Translations under genes and position numbers: made by a program
Source: an uncultured bacterium
GTDB taxonomy: Bacteria > Verrucomicrobiota > Verrucomicrobiia > Verrucomicrobiales > DEV007
NCBI GenBank assembly: GCA_963977015.1
Contig: CAXBMO010000008.1
Location: forward strand, 160,001 to 224,000
DNA length: 64,000 nt
Reading direction: 5' to 3'
In this document: piece by piece, positions 31,177 to 41,091 of the stretch
Layout of the letters: each line of letters opens with the position of its first letter
Position numbering within the stretch: position 1 is the stretch's first letter
Notes under the pieces: model-generated
What the model saw: only the letters and a program-made list of their open reading frames with translations
What the model was told of the DNA's origin: nothing
Database searches by the model: none

Positions 31177-31584
31177 ATGGCGTTGATGCCCCGAAAAGTA
31201 AAGTATCGCAAGACCCAGCGCGGAAACCGTGGTGGAACTGCTCAGCGTGGAACCCGAGTTTCGTTCGGTGACTACGGCCTGCAGTCTTTGGGACGCGAGT
31301 GGATTACCAACAATCAAATCGAGGCCTGCCGGATTTCGATCAACCGTTACCTCAAGCGTAAGGGTAAAGTCTGGATCCGGATCTTTCCTCACAAGCCCGT
31401 TACCGGTCGTCCGCCCGAAACCCGGATGGGTAAAGGTAAAGGTGCTGTTGAGAAGTGGGTCGCGGTGGTGAAGCCGGGAACCATGCTTTTCGAAATCGCA
31501 GGTGTTCCTGAGAGCCAGGCTCGTGAAGCCATGCGATTGGCTGCCAACAAATTGGGAATCAAAACCCGCTTCGTGGTGCGCTAA
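31177..31584 (+). CDS. rplP: 50S ribosomal protein L16
   Basis: [16 protein letters not shown]. Confidence 0.99.
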   Translation: MALMPRKVKYRKTQRGNRGGTAQRGTRVSFGDYGLQSLGREWITNNQIEACRISINRYLKRKGKVWIRIFPHKPVTGRPPETRMGKGKGAVEKWVAVVKPGTMLFEIAGVPESQAREAMRLAANKLGIKTRFVVR

Positions 31585-31617
31585 GCCCGAACTTGGAACC
31601 TGAACGAACTTGATACG

Positions 31618-31860
31618 ATGAATCCGATCAAAGAACTGCGAGAGCTTACCACTGAAGAGCTGATTAATCAGCGACGTGACCTGAAGCATGAGGTGCTGAA
31701 TTTGCGCGTGCAGCAGCAGAGTGGCCAGCTTGAGAACACGGCCCTGTTGCGGAACAACCGCCGCAGAGTTTCCAAGATTGAAACCATTATGACGGAGCGC
31801 CGCCGAAAAGCTGAGATGGAAGCTGCTGCGAAACCTGCAGAAGCGGCTCCATCCGAATAA
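31618..31860 (+). CDS. rpmC: 50S ribosomal protein L29
   Basis: ELRELTTEEL...LNLRVQQQSGQLEN; position in operon. Confidence 0.95.
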   Translation: MNPIKELRELTTEELINQRRDLKHEVLNLRVQQQSGQLENTALLRNNRRRVSKIETIMTERRRKAEMEAAAKPAEAAPSE

Positions 31861-31887
31861 CCTGAATTTGTTACCTGATTTTTACTG

Positions 31888-32172
31888 ATGAGCGAAGAAA
31901 CCAAGACCGCCGAAGGAACTGAGGCCAAGCGTCACCTGCGGAAAACCCGTGTGGGGAAGGTCATCTCCAACAAAATGGATAAGACCATTGTTGTGGAGGT
32001 TGAGCGCCGTGTGCCGCACCCGAAGTTCAAGAAGATCATCAAGCGCTCGAGCAAGTTCTACGTCCACGACGAAGAGAACAAAGCTGCTCTCGGCGACAAG
32101 GTGTCAATCATTGAGTGCCGTCCTCTGAGCAAGAGTAAGCGCTGGCTTCTCCAGGAGATTCTCGCTCACTAA
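31888..32172 (+). CDS. rpsQ: 30S ribosomal protein S17
   Basis: [25 protein letters not shown]. Confidence 0.98.
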   Translation: MSEETKTAEGTEAKRHLRKTRVGKVISNKMDKTIVVEVERRVPHPKFKKIIKRSSKFYVHDEENKAALGDKVSIIECRPLSKSKRWLLQEILAH

Positions 32173-32229
32173 AGATCGCCTGACTGCGTATCCCTGTATT
32201 AACCCATTTAACCTGAAAGACTTTCTGCC

Positions 32230-32595
32230 ATGATCCAGATGGAATCAAAGCTCGATGTTGCCGACAATACCGGTGCCCGAGTCTGCAAAATGATTACCGT
32301 GCTCGGTAAACGCAGTCGCCAAGCGAGTGTTGGTGACATCATTACCGTGCACATTCGTGAGAGCACGCCGACTGCCAACGTCAAGAAAGGCGAAGTGGCC
32401 AAGGCGGTTGTGGTCCGGACGAAGGCGCCGATCCGTCGCGCTGACGGTTCCGTTCTTCGCTTCGACAACAATGCCGTTGTGATTATTGACAACAATAAAG
32501 AGCCTCGCGGAACCCGTATTTTTGGACCGGTTGCTCGCGAACTCCGCGATCGCAACTTCATGAAAATCGTGAGTTTGGCACCCGAAGTTTTGTAA
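32230..32595 (+). CDS. rplN: 50S ribosomal protein L14
   Basis: [26 protein letters not shown]. Confidence 0.99.
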   Translation: MIQMESKLDVADNTGARVCKMITVLGKRSRQASVGDIITVHIRESTPTANVKKGEVAKAVVVRTKAPIRRADGSVLRFDNNAVVIIDNNKEPRGTRIFGPVARELRDRNFMKIVSLAPEVL

Positions 32596-32600
32596 GACCG

Positions 32601-32843
32601 ATGAAGCGTAACCGAATCAAGACCCACGTCAAAAAAGGCGACCAAGTCGAAGTCATCGCCGGCAACCATAAAGGATCGTCCGGTGCTGTATTGCAGGTTT
32701 TCCCTGCGAAAAAACAAGTGATCGTCGAAGGCGTCCGCATGATTAAGAAGCATGCGAAGCGCACGCAAGATCGTCCCGATGGTGGCATTATCGAGCGCGA
32801 AGGTCCCATCCATATTTCCAACGTGAAGTTGGCCTCCAGTTAA
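32601..32843 (+). CDS. rplX: 50S ribosomal protein L24 (short, 80 aa)
   Basis: KOW motif [20 protein letters not shown]. Confidence 0.96.
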   Translation: MKRNRIKTHVKKGDQVEVIAGNHKGSSGAVLQVFPAKKQVIVEGVRMIKKHAKRTQDRPDGGIIEREGPIHISNVKLASS

Positions 32844-32866
32844 ACGAATTTTTACCAAGTAGACCG

Positions 32867-33454
32867 ATGGAAGAACCGGCACTGAGAACGCACTACCGAG
32901 AGAATGTCATTCCTGCTCTGAGAGAGAAGCAGGGATACAAGAATATCATGCAGGTCCCCAAGATCCTGAAAGTCACGCTGAACAGTGGCATCGGGAAGGC
33001 GGATGACCGCAAAGCCGCTGCCGAAGAGGTGTCGCGCGAAATCGGATTAATTACGGGTCAAAAGCCAGTGGTTACCCGTGCCAAGAACGCGATTTCGAAC
33101 TTCAAGTTGCGTGCCGGTGAACCCGTCGGTGTCAAGGTGACGCTGCGCGGTCGCCAGATGTATGAATTTCTGGAGCGCTTCATGAAGATTGCGATTCCTA
33201 CGATTCGTGACTTTCGCGGGGTTTCGTTGAAGGCGTTCGACGGACGCGGCAACTATACCCTCGGCATCCAGGACCAGACCATTTTCCCTGAGATTGAACT
33301 GGAAAAGGTGAAGCGGACGACCGGGTTCGACATCTCCATTGTGACCAGTGCAAACACGGACGACGAAGCTCGTGAACTGCTGACGTTGATGGGAATGCCT
33401 TTCCGCAAGCCTGCTACCAAAGAGAGTGACGCGGGCGCCGAACAAGCCGCCTGA
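32867..33454 (+). CDS. rplE: 50S ribosomal protein L5
   Basis: ITGQKP, FKLRAG, RDFRG, FDGRGNY. Confidence 0.98.
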   Translation: MEEPALRTHYRENVIPALREKQGYKNIMQVPKILKVTLNSGIGKADDRKAAAEEVSREIGLITGQKPVVTRAKNAISNFKLRAGEPVGVKVTLRGRQMYEFLERFMKIAIPTIRDFRGVSLKAFDGRGNYTLGIQDQTIFPEIELEKVKRTTGFDISIVTSANTDDEARELLTLMGMPFRKPATKESDAGAEQAA

Positions 33455-33477
33455 TCTGGAATTTAGAACGAACGACA

Positions 33478-33876
33478 ATGAGCAACTTAAGTGATCCCAT
33501 TTCCGACTTTTTGACGCGTTTCAAGAACGCGAGCATGGCTCGGAAAGATGAATTCCTCTCTCCCTACTCCAAGATCAAAGTGGAGATTGCCCGCATTTTG
33601 CAGGAGGAAGGCTACCTCTGGTCCTACGAAGTAGTGACGGAGGGCAAGTTTCCCGAAATCAAATGTAAGGCCAAGTACGTCGATAATACGCCGGTGCTGA
33701 CCGATCTGAAGCGGGTTAGCCGTCCAGGGCGACGCAATTACAAAGGCTCGGAAGAGATCCCCCAGGTCATCGCTGGCATGGGAATCACGATTCTATCGAC
33801 CTCCAAAGGAATTATGACCGGCCATAAGGCCAAAAAGGAAAACATTGGCGGCGAAGTGCTGGCCATGGTTTGGTAA
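33478..33876 (+). CDS. rpsH: 30S ribosomal protein S8
   Basis: DPISDFLTR, RVSRPGRR, STSKGIMT, GGEVL. Confidence 0.98.
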   Translation: MSNLSDPISDFLTRFKNASMARKDEFLSPYSKIKVEIARILQEEGYLWSYEVVTEGKFPEIKCKAKYVDNTPVLTDLKRVSRPGRRNYKGSEEIPQVIAGMGITILSTSKGIMTGHKAKKENIGGEVLAMVW

Positions 33877-33903
33877 CCGACTCACCCCGAATTTTTAAGA
33901 ACG

Positions 33904-34443
33904 ATGTCACGTATTGGAAGACTTCCCGTCGCGATCCCCGATAAGGTGGAGATCAAAGTCAGCGACTCAGGTTCACTCACGGTCAAAGGACCAAAGGGTG
34001 AGCTCACCTATGATTTGCCAGCTGGACTTGAGGTCGAGCAGAAGGATGGCCAACTGGTTTTCAGCCGCATCAATGAGCGGCGTGAAAACAAGGCGCTTCA
34101 CGGCACGGCCCGCTCCATTGTTTCCAATATGGTCCAAGGAGTCACCGAAGGTTTCGTTAAGGAACTGGAGATTATTGGGGTCGGTTATCGTGCTGCTGTG
34201 AAAGGTAATAGCCTGGATCTGCAGCTTGGGTTTTCGCATCCCGTCTCTCACCCGATTCCCGACGGATTGACGGTGACCGTGCAGGAAAACACCAAGCTCA
34301 AGGTCGAGGGAATCGACAAGCAGGTGGTGGGTCAGTTTTCCGCCGAAGTTCGCTCCTATCGACCACCAGAACCTTACAAAGGAAAAGGCGTTCGCTACAC
34401 CGATGAATACGTGCGCCGCAAAGCCGGTAAGAGCGTCAAGTAA
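33904..34443 (+). CDS. rplF: 50S ribosomal protein L6
   Basis: MSRIG, GVGYRA, RPPEPYKGKG. Confidence 0.99.
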   Translation: MSRIGRLPVAIPDKVEIKVSDSGSLTVKGPKGELTYDLPAGLEVEQKDGQLVFSRINERRENKALHGTARSIVSNMVQGVTEGFVKELEIIGVGYRAAVKGNSLDLQLGFSHPVSHPIPDGLTVTVQENTKLKVEGIDKQVVGQFSAEVRSYRPPEPYKGKGVRYTDEYVRRKAGKSVK

Positions 34444-34464
34444 CCCGAATATTTCCCAGATACC

Positions 34465-34821
34465 ATGCCTCATCTTAATCGCAGACAAGTTCGCCAGAAG
34501 GTGCACCGTCGCATTCGCAAAAAGATCTCCGGATCTGCGGATCGTCCCCGCCTGGCCGTCTATTTTTCGAACAAGAACGTTTACGCCCAATTGATTGACG
34601 ATCAGTCCGGCAAGACTCTCGCTGCTGCGAGCACCTTGGACAAAGGAATCGGAACGCACTTGGCGAATGAAGCAACCGCCAAGCAGGTGGGTGAATTGAT
34701 CGCCAGCCGAGCGAAAGAGAAGAACATCGCTTCCGTTGTTTTTGATCGCGGCGGTTTCATCTATCACGGCAAAGTGAAAGCCCTGGCCGAAGCGGCTCGC
34801 GAAGGCGGTTTGAAGTTTTAA
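34465..34821 (+). CDS. rplR: 50S ribosomal protein L18
   Basis: [23 protein letters not shown]. Confidence 0.98.
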   Translation: MPHLNRRQVRQKVHRRIRKKISGSADRPRLAVYFSNKNVYAQLIDDQSGKTLAAASTLDKGIGTHLANEATAKQVGELIASRAKEKNIASVVFDRGGFIYHGKVKALAEAAREGGLKF

Positions 34822-34842
34822 TTTTTTACAAGGATTCCCACG

Positions 34843-35388
34843 ATGGCAGACAATCGAAATCAATATCAAAATCGAGGTGGAGGCGGCGACGAGTCGTTCG
34901 ACGACAAACCCGAGATCATGGAAAAAGTGGTGCACATCAATCGATGCGCCAAAGTGGTCAAAGGGGGACGTCGCTTCAGCTTCAGCGCACTGGTTGTTTC
35001 CGGTGATCGACTTGGAAAAGTCGGCTTCGGCTTTGGTAAAGCGAACGAGGTTGCGGACTGCATTCGCAAAGCGAGCGAGGCATCCAAAAAGAATATGCGT
35101 CCCATCGTGATGAAGGACAACACCATCCCTCACGAAGTGATTGGTGAGTATGGTGGTGGCCGCGTGATGCTCCGTCCTGCGAGTCCCGGAACGGGGATTA
35201 TTGCTGGAGGAAGCGTCCGCGCCGTGGTTGAAGCCGCCGGTATCAAGGACGTTCTCGCCAAATCCCTTGGATCCAACAATCATGCCAACGTGGTGAAAGC
35301 GACGTTGGCAGCTCTTGAGAGCCTTCGCTCTCGCGATCAGATTTATCACCTCCGTGGCAAGAAATCTGCCAATCGGGAGGCTCTTTAA
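34843..35388 (+). CDS. rpsE: 30S ribosomal protein S5
   Basis: [23 protein letters not shown]. Confidence 0.99.
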   Translation: MADNRNQYQNRGGGGDESFDDKPEIMEKVVHINRCAKVVKGGRRFSFSALVVSGDRLGKVGFGFGKANEVADCIRKASEASKKNMRPIVMKDNTIPHEVIGEYGGGRVMLRPASPGTGIIAGGSVRAVVEAAGIKDVLAKSLGSNNHANVVKATLAALESLRSRDQIYHLRGKKSANREAL

Positions 35389-35417
35389 TCATCTATCATC
35401 CCTAAAATTTTTTAGTC

Positions 35418-35897
35418 ATGCGTTTGCACGATCTCAAACCAAACAAAGGTGCCAAGCACCGCAAGAAGCGTGTTGGAAACGGCGAAAGCTCTGGTCTGGG
35501 TAAGACCTGTGGCCGTGGTCACAAAGGACAGAAGTCTCGCTCTGGCGGCGGCGTTCGTCCCGGTTTCGAAGGTGGTCAGATGCCACTCGCTCGTCGTCTT
35601 CCCAAGAAGGGCTTCAACAACACCCAGTTCAAGACCAGCTACGCTGTCGTGAATGTGGATCGTCTCGAGACGATCGAAGGTGACGTCATCAACGAGGCAA
35701 CGCTTCGTGAAGCAGGCATCGTCAAAGGTGTTTGGGACGGCGTAAAGATTCTGGGAAGCGGGGAACTCACGAAAAAGGTCACCGTCGAGGTCGACAAAGT
35801 GAGTGCCACTGCGAAAGCCAAGATCGAAGCTGCTGGTGGTTCCGTTAAGGAGGTCACGGCTGCGCCAAAGTCCGAGAAGTCTGAGAAAGACAGCTAA
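35418..35897 (+). CDS. rplO: 50S ribosomal protein L15
   Basis: [20 protein letters not shown]. Confidence 0.99.
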   Translation: MRLHDLKPNKGAKHRKKRVGNGESSGLGKTCGRGHKGQKSRSGGGVRPGFEGGQMPLARRLPKKGFNNTQFKTSYAVVNVDRLETIEGDVINEATLREAGIVKGVWDGVKILGSGELTKKVTVEVDKVSATAKAKIEAAGGSVKEVTAAPKSEKSEKDS

Positions 35898-35942
35898 TTT
35901 GAGCACTGGCGGTAGTTCCGCTTTTCTTCGAATTTTCCACGT

Positions 35943-37475
35943 ATGATTTCCGCTTTCACTAACACCCTGAAGATTCCTGAGCTCCGCCAGCGAATCTTTT
36001 TCACGCTCATCATGGTCATCATTGTCCGGATGGGTGCGCATATCACCTTGCCCGGCGTGGATGGGGTTGTTCTTGACGAAGCGATTGATCGTTTGGCGGC
36101 CAAGCAGACGGAAGGTGGCGGCAGTGCCGCCGGCAACATGCTCGCGTTGCTCAACGTCTTCAGTGGTGGCGGCCTGATGAACTGCGCGATTTTCGCGTTG
36201 GGAATCATGCCCTACATCAGCGCATCGATCATGATGCAGCTGTTGAGCGCGGTCATTCCCCAACTCAGCAAGCTGCGCCGCGAAGAGGGTGGGCAGCAGA
36301 AGATCAACCAGTACACCCGGTTCATTACCATTGCGCTTTGTATCTTCCAGGGCGGAATGCTGGCCAAGTCATTGCTCGATCCCAAACGGAACCCGTTTCT
36401 TGCGGATCTTGCGGATGAAATGTCTCGACCGTTGGTCCCTCTCGTGGGTGGTGGCAGCGAAGTCTGGTTCATTATCACCGCCGTGATTACGATGACCGCG
36501 GGTGCCATGCTGTTGATGTGGATTGGTGAGCAAATCACGGAAAAGGGAATCGGGAACGGGATTTCGTTGATCATTACCGTAAACATCATCTTCAGCCTTC
36601 CGGGTGCTCTGGTTCAGGTCTGGAAGACGTTCATCAATCCAGAAAGCGCTGATCCGCTCGATCCGATCAAGCTGGTCGCGCTGATCGCACTCCTTCTTTT
36701 TGTGATCGCGGCCGTCATTGCCATCACGCAGGCTCAGCGTCGAATCAGTATTCAATACGCCAAGCGGGTTGTGGGCCGAAAGGTCTATGGCGGCCAGACC
36801 CAATATATGCCTCTCAAGGTAAACTATTCGGGTGTGATGCCGATCATCTTTGCCCAGGCACTCCTTTTGTTCCCGGCCAACCTCCTGGATTTCATGCTTC
36901 CCAACACCGATTGGGTGGGACGTTTTACCCAGCTGCTTTCTCAAGGCTGGCTCTATTATGTCGCTTCAGCTCTCTTGATCTTCTTCTTCAGTTATTTCTG
37001 GGTAGCAACCATGTTCCAGCCGCAGCAAATCGCGGAAGATCTCAAGAAGAACGGTGGATACATCCCTGGCGTTCGCCCTGGTAAACCGACTGCGGATTTC
37101 CTCGATTTCACGATGGGGCGCCTGACCTTTTTCGGAGCCGTTTTCCTCACGGCGTTGGCCGTTTTGCCAACACTTCTCGCACGGAAGATGGGCGTGCCGA
37201 TGCTTGCGGCTCAGTTCTTTGGAGGAACCAGTCTTTTGATTCTCGTCGGCGTGTTGCTCGACATCATGCGTCAGGTGGAGACTCACCTGATCCAGCGCCA
37301 CTACGATGGATTTTTGCGGAAAGGCAAGATTCGGGGGCGTTCTCAGACCCGTCAGGCTGGAGGAGCTGCCACGGCAGCCGCGGGTGGCGGAAGCATGCTA
37401 CTTCTTTATGTGCTTTTTGCCGTTCTGGTCATCGTTGGGATGAGCTATTTTGTTTACCAACAAGCCCAATCCTAA
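35943..37475 (+). CDS. secY: Preprotein translocase SecY with an additional C-terminal hydrophobic segment
   Basis: FALGIMPYISASI, GIGNGISL, GVMPIIFA, IPGVRPG, GGTSLLI. Confidence 0.98.
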   Translation: MISAFTNTLKIPELRQRIFFTLIMVIIVRMGAHITLPGVDGVVLDEAIDRLAAKQTEGGGSAAGNMLALLNVFSGGGLMNCAIFALGIMPYISASIMMQLLSAVIPQLSKLRREEGGQQKINQYTRFITIALCIFQGGMLAKSLLDPKRNPFLADLADEMSRPLVPLVGGGSEVWFIITAVITMTAGAMLLMWIGEQITEKGIGNGISLIITVNIIFSLPGALVQVWKTFINPESADPLDPIKLVALIALLLFVIAAVIAITQAQRRISIQYAKRVVGRKVYGGQTQYMPLKVNYSGVMPIIFAQALLLFPANLLDFMLPNTDWVGRFTQLLSQGWLYYVASALLIFFFSYFWVATMFQPQQIAEDLKKNGGYIPGVRPGKPTADFLDFTMGRLTFFGAVFLTALAVLPTLLARKMGVPMLAAQFFGGTSLLILVGVLLDIMRQVETHLIQRHYDGFLRKGKIRGRSQTRQAGGAATAAAGGGSMLLLYVLFAVLVIVGMSYFVYQQAQS

Positions 37476-37481
37476 TATTCT

Positions 37482-38321
37482 GTGAGTTCGATGCCTAAGG
37501 TTCCCATTCGACGCGGAAAAGATCTCGATAGAATGCGAGATGCGGGGGGAACTGCGGCTGAGATTTTGCGGATGACAGCGGCGTTTGTGGAGGCCGGAAA
37601 GTCCACCCGGGACGTTGAGGAATACGCGGTGGAACTGATGCGGGAGCGGGAGTGTAAGAGCATTTTCTACCGCTATCGCGGGTTCCCTGGCTATATCTGC
37701 ATTTCGCTGAATGACGAGGTCGTTCATGGTATTGCCAATCCCAGCCGAATCATCAAATCCGGAGATATCGTCAAGATTGACATCGGAATCGTCAAGAACG
37801 GTTGGATTGGTGACAACGCGACGACCGTGCCGGTCGGTGATATTGATGCGGCAACGCGCCACCTTCTCTGGGCGACGGAAGAGTCCCTCCATGTTGCGAT
37901 CGATTATTGCCGGGAAGGGTATCGATTGGGGGATGTGTGCTCTTCGGTTGATCGGACCGTCCGGCATTACAATTATACTGTCGTCGAAGAGTTTGTTGGT
38001 CATGGAGTGGGACGCAAGCTCCATGAACCGCCGCAGATTCCCAATTACGGGATTCCTCATCACAATCCAAAGCTGAAGGCTGGAATGATTTTCGCGATTG
38101 AGCCGATGGTGAACCTCGGTTCCAAGCAAATCGAGATTCTGGCGGACAATTGGACGGCAAAAACGCTCGATCGAAAGGCCTCTGCACACTTTGAGCATAG
38201 TGTCCTGATCACCAACGGCGAACCCGAAATTTTAACACCGAGACCCCGGCTCATGGAGGATCAACCTCCGGTTCCGGCAAGAAGCGCCCCGAATATCATT
38301 GGAGGACCGGTTTCCGTGTGA
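37482..38321 (+). CDS. map: Methionine aminopeptidase type I
   Basis: CISLNDEVVHGI, DIG, GHGVGRKLHE, AIEPM, SAHFEH. Confidence 0.97.
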   Translation: MSSMPKVPIRRGKDLDRMRDAGGTAAEILRMTAAFVEAGKSTRDVEEYAVELMRERECKSIFYRYRGFPGYICISLNDEVVHGIANPSRIIKSGDIVKIDIGIVKNGWIGDNATTVPVGDIDAATRHLLWATEESLHVAIDYCREGYRLGDVCSSVDRTVRHYNYTVVEEFVGHGVGRKLHEPPQIPNYGIPHHNPKLKAGMIFAIEPMVNLGSKQIEILADNWTAKTLDRKASAHFEHSVLITNGEPEILTPRPRLMEDQPPVPARSAPNIIGGPVSV

Positions 38322-38405
38322 CTTTCCCCTTGCGAGAGAAGAGTTTTGTGATAGTGGTTCCGGCCCGCCGCGAGCCGGTTGAAATTTTTTAGAAATTATA
38401 CAGAA

Positions 38406-38780
38406 ATGGCTAGATTACTCGGAGTTGAAATCCCCAATGAGAAGCGCATCGAAGCGTCGCTTCCCTACGTTTACGGAGTGGGACGAACCACCGCCAAAAA
38501 GGTGTTGATTCAAGCCGGGATCAACCCAGACACGCGGACGGGTGAACTGAGTGACGACCAACTGGGAAAGATTGCCCACGTCATCAATTCTGCCGGCATC
38601 ATCATCGAGGGCGATCTTCGTCGTGAGATTGGTGCAAACATGAAGCGATTGAATAGCATCAACTGCTACCGCGCACTGCGCCACCGCCGGGGACTTCCTG
38701 TTCGCGGTCAACGCACGAGCACGAACGCCCGGACTCGCAAGGGCAAACGGAAGACCGTTGGCGTCATCCGTAAGAAGTAA
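38406..38780 (+). CDS. rpsM: 30S ribosomal protein S13
   Basis: MARLLGV, YGVG, RHRRGLPVRGQRT; start corrected to the ATG at 38406. Confidence 0.98.
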   Translation: MARLLGVEIPNEKRIEASLPYVYGVGRTTAKKVLIQAGINPDTRTGELSDDQLGKIAHVINSAGIIIEGDLRREIGANMKRLNSINCYRALRHRRGLPVRGQRTSTNARTRKGKRKTVGVIRKK

Positions 38781-38810
38781 AAACTTTCCCACCTAGACTA
38801 AAATTGGATC

Positions 38811-39494
38811 ATGGCTGACGACGCCGAAAAGAAACCAGCGGAGGAGACTCCGGCCCCCGAAGAGACTCCTGCTGCTCCTGAAGCTGCTGCGAGCGAAGAA
38901 CCCAAGGCAGAAACTCCAGCCGCCCCTGAAGCTGCTGCGACCGAGGAAGCTAAGGAAGAAGCTGCTGAAGCTCCAAAAGCTGCTGCGACAGAGGACGCCA
39001 AGAAGGAGGAGAAGCCAAAAGCCGAGGGCGAAGCTGCTGAAGGTGAGGAAAAGGAAGATGGCCAGCCGCGCACCGCTGAAGAGGTCTTTTTGGCCCTTGA
39101 AGGTGACGACGAGAAGCCAAAGATCTTAAAAGCCAAGGGAAGCAAGAACGTTCACGCCGGTGTGGTTCACGTTCTGGCAAGTTACAACAATACCAAAGTG
39201 ACCATCACGGATCTCAACGGAAACGTGATTGGTTGGTCCAGCGCTGGCAAGCTCGGGTTCCGTGGTTCGCGTAAAAGCACCGCCTATGCGGCTCAGTTGG
39301 TTTCCCAGGACGCATGTCGTCAGGCAATGGGGCACGGCCTCAAGTCGGTCGAAGTAAAAGTCAAGGGCCCTGGTTCAGGTCGTGAATCGGCAGTTCGTGC
39401 CGTTCAAAATATCGGAATCGATATCACGACGATCAAGGACGTAACGCCGGTTCCGCACAATGGATGCCGCCCCAAGAAACCACGCCGCGTATAA
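38811..39494 (+). CDS. rpsK: 30S ribosomal protein S11 with ~100-aa acidic N-terminal extension
   Basis: Core [31 protein letters not shown]-terminus rich in E/A/P/K. Confidence 0.96.
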   Translation: MADDAEKKPAEETPAPEETPAAPEAAASEEPKAETPAAPEAAATEEAKEEAAEAPKAAATEDAKKEEKPKAEGEAAEGEEKEDGQPRTAEEVFLALEGDDEKPKILKAKGSKNVHAGVVHVLASYNNTKVTITDLNGNVIGWSSAGKLGFRGSRKSTAYAAQLVSQDACRQAMGHGLKSVEVKVKGPGSGRESAVRAVQNIGIDITTIKDVTPVPHNGCRPKKPRRV

Positions 39495-39531
39495 TCGGAT
39501 TTTCCCCAAGTAATTTTTATCGTTTTTAGTT

Positions 39532-40143
39532 ATGGCAAGACATCGAGGCCCAACAGAAAAGATTAGCCGCCGCTTTGGAGTTCCTTTGTTCGGACCCAGC
39601 AAGGCACTTGAGCGCCGCGCCTATGGCCCGGGTCAGCATGGTGCACGAAGCATGCGCCGCAAGCAGTCCGATTACGCGGTTGCATTGGCTGAGAAGCAGA
39701 AGCTTCGCTTCCAGTATGGCATCATGGAGAAGCAGTTTCGGGGTTACTTCAAGAAGGCTCAAAGCCAGCGTGGAGTTACCGGAACGGTCATGCTTCAACT
39801 GCTCGAAAGTCGCCTTGATAACGTTTGTTTTCGACTTGGACTCGGCAATACCCGCCGCGCCGCTCGTCAGTTTGTCGGCCACGGCCATGTGGAAGTGAAC
39901 GGCATTCGTGTCGACATTCCGTCTTACCACGTGAAGCCAGGTGATGTCGTGAAGGTTCGTGAAAGTCAGCGTTCCCAGCAGTTGGGGATGCGGATGCTCG
40001 ACCTCACGCAATCAACTCCTCATCCAGACTGGATGGAGATGGATCGCGACAAATTGGTTGGAGTGTTCAACCGTCTTCCCGAGCGGGAAGAAATCGATCC
40101 AATGGTGAACGAGCAGTTGGTGGTCGAGCTTTACTCTCGATAG
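39532..40143 (+). CDS. rpsD: 30S ribosomal protein S4 (no zinc-ribbon cysteines)
   Basis: PGQHG, LAEKQKLR, LESRLDN, ARQFVGHGH, VVELYSR. Confidence 0.98.
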   Translation: MARHRGPTEKISRRFGVPLFGPSKALERRAYGPGQHGARSMRRKQSDYAVALAEKQKLRFQYGIMEKQFRGYFKKAQSQRGVTGTVMLQLLESRLDNVCFRLGLGNTRRAARQFVGHGHVEVNGIRVDIPSYHVKPGDVVKVRESQRSQQLGMRMLDLTQSTPHPDWMEMDRDKLVGVFNRLPEREEIDPMVNEQLVVELYSR

Positions 40144-40241
40144 GCTGCAGAACCGGTCCGAATATCGGATCGGATCAACGTTCCAATCCAAGGAGATTGG
40201 CGGAGTGGATTGAGGCGGTTCCGTCGAACGCTGGTCCGACC

Positions 40242-41015
40242 CTATGGGCGAGTCATCGTGTCAAGAAAGGTCATCTGAGCTTGGACACGGAGATACAGCG
40301 AGTATTCTGATGGAGTTTCGAAGGTGAGAGATCGTTCGGCATGGTTGATCGCCAGCTGAATGGCTTCAGGGAGTCCTCCCTCTTCCTTCTCAAGCTCGGC
40401 AGTGAGCTCCTCGAGATCTCCGTCATGATAAATTAGCGCATTGTTCGCAGGTCTGCCCTCGATATGGGCGTCCGGCTCGCGCGGAATGATGGCTTCAGTC
40501 GCTTCCAGGCAGCGTTCGCCGAGACTCGAGCCGGGAGGGCTCAGCTCGTAGAGATAGCATCCCCGGGCATCGTAGTCTTCGTGGAGACAGGCTGCGGTTT
40601 GAAACCTATTTTTTCCAATGACCGCTGCCCAATCTTTGATGAGCGGATGGTTGGTTTGACCGAAGCAACGATTCAAATCCTCGTCATCGGCATTGTGGCG
40701 GCGATTGTTGATCAGCCCCCACGGGTTGAGACAGGGAAAAATCAGAATGGACTGCGTGGCGATCCATTCCACGCTTGTTTCTGCCCACTGAATCAACCCC
40801 AGCGTGGCCGCCGCTTCATCTCCATGAATCCCGGCTGACAGATAAACCCCTTCTGAATCAGCCTCCCCTCGGAGAAAGAAGTGGGGCAAATCGCCGGACT
40901 GATGAAAGCACTCCATCTGGAGCGAAGCAGATTGGGCCACCTGTTCCCATCGCCGGACAAGATCATCATAGTCGTGCGCTGAGTGTTGAAGGAGAAACTG
41001 GCGTTCGTTGGTCAT
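40242..41015 (-). CDS. M14 metallocarboxypeptidase / succinylglutamate desuccinylase-like protein
   Basis: SAGIHGDE, PCLNPWG, DLNR, LHED, TFETPS; start at ATG 41015. Confidence 0.85.
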   Translation of the reverse strand: MTNERQFLLQHSAHDYDDLVRRWEQVAQSASLQMECFHQSGDLPHFFLRGEADSEGVYLSAGIHGDEAAATLGLIQWAETSVEWIATQSILIFPCLNPWGLINNRRHNADDEDLNRCFGQTNHPLIKDWAAVIGKNRFQTAACLHEDYDARGCYLYELSPPGSSLGERCLEATEAIIPREPDAHIEGRPANNALIYHDGDLEELTAELEKEEGGLPEAIQLAINHAERSLTFETPSEYSLYLRVQAQMTFLDTMTRP

Positions 41016-41091
41016 CAATTGCGTTGAAAATAGGCGTTTTTCTTCTGCTGCACCTGCATATAGTGAAGGTAACGACAATTTCTCATACTCA

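Noticed and set aside
33973-35349. 458-aa antisense ORF over rplF-rpsE
   Set aside because: Shadow ORF of highly biased r-protein genes; no recognisable motifs
40150-40200. Hairpins after rpsD as a classical intrinsic terminator
   Set aside because: Stems are present (CCGGTCCGA/TCGGATCGG, CCAATC/GATTGG) but there is no U-tract on either strand
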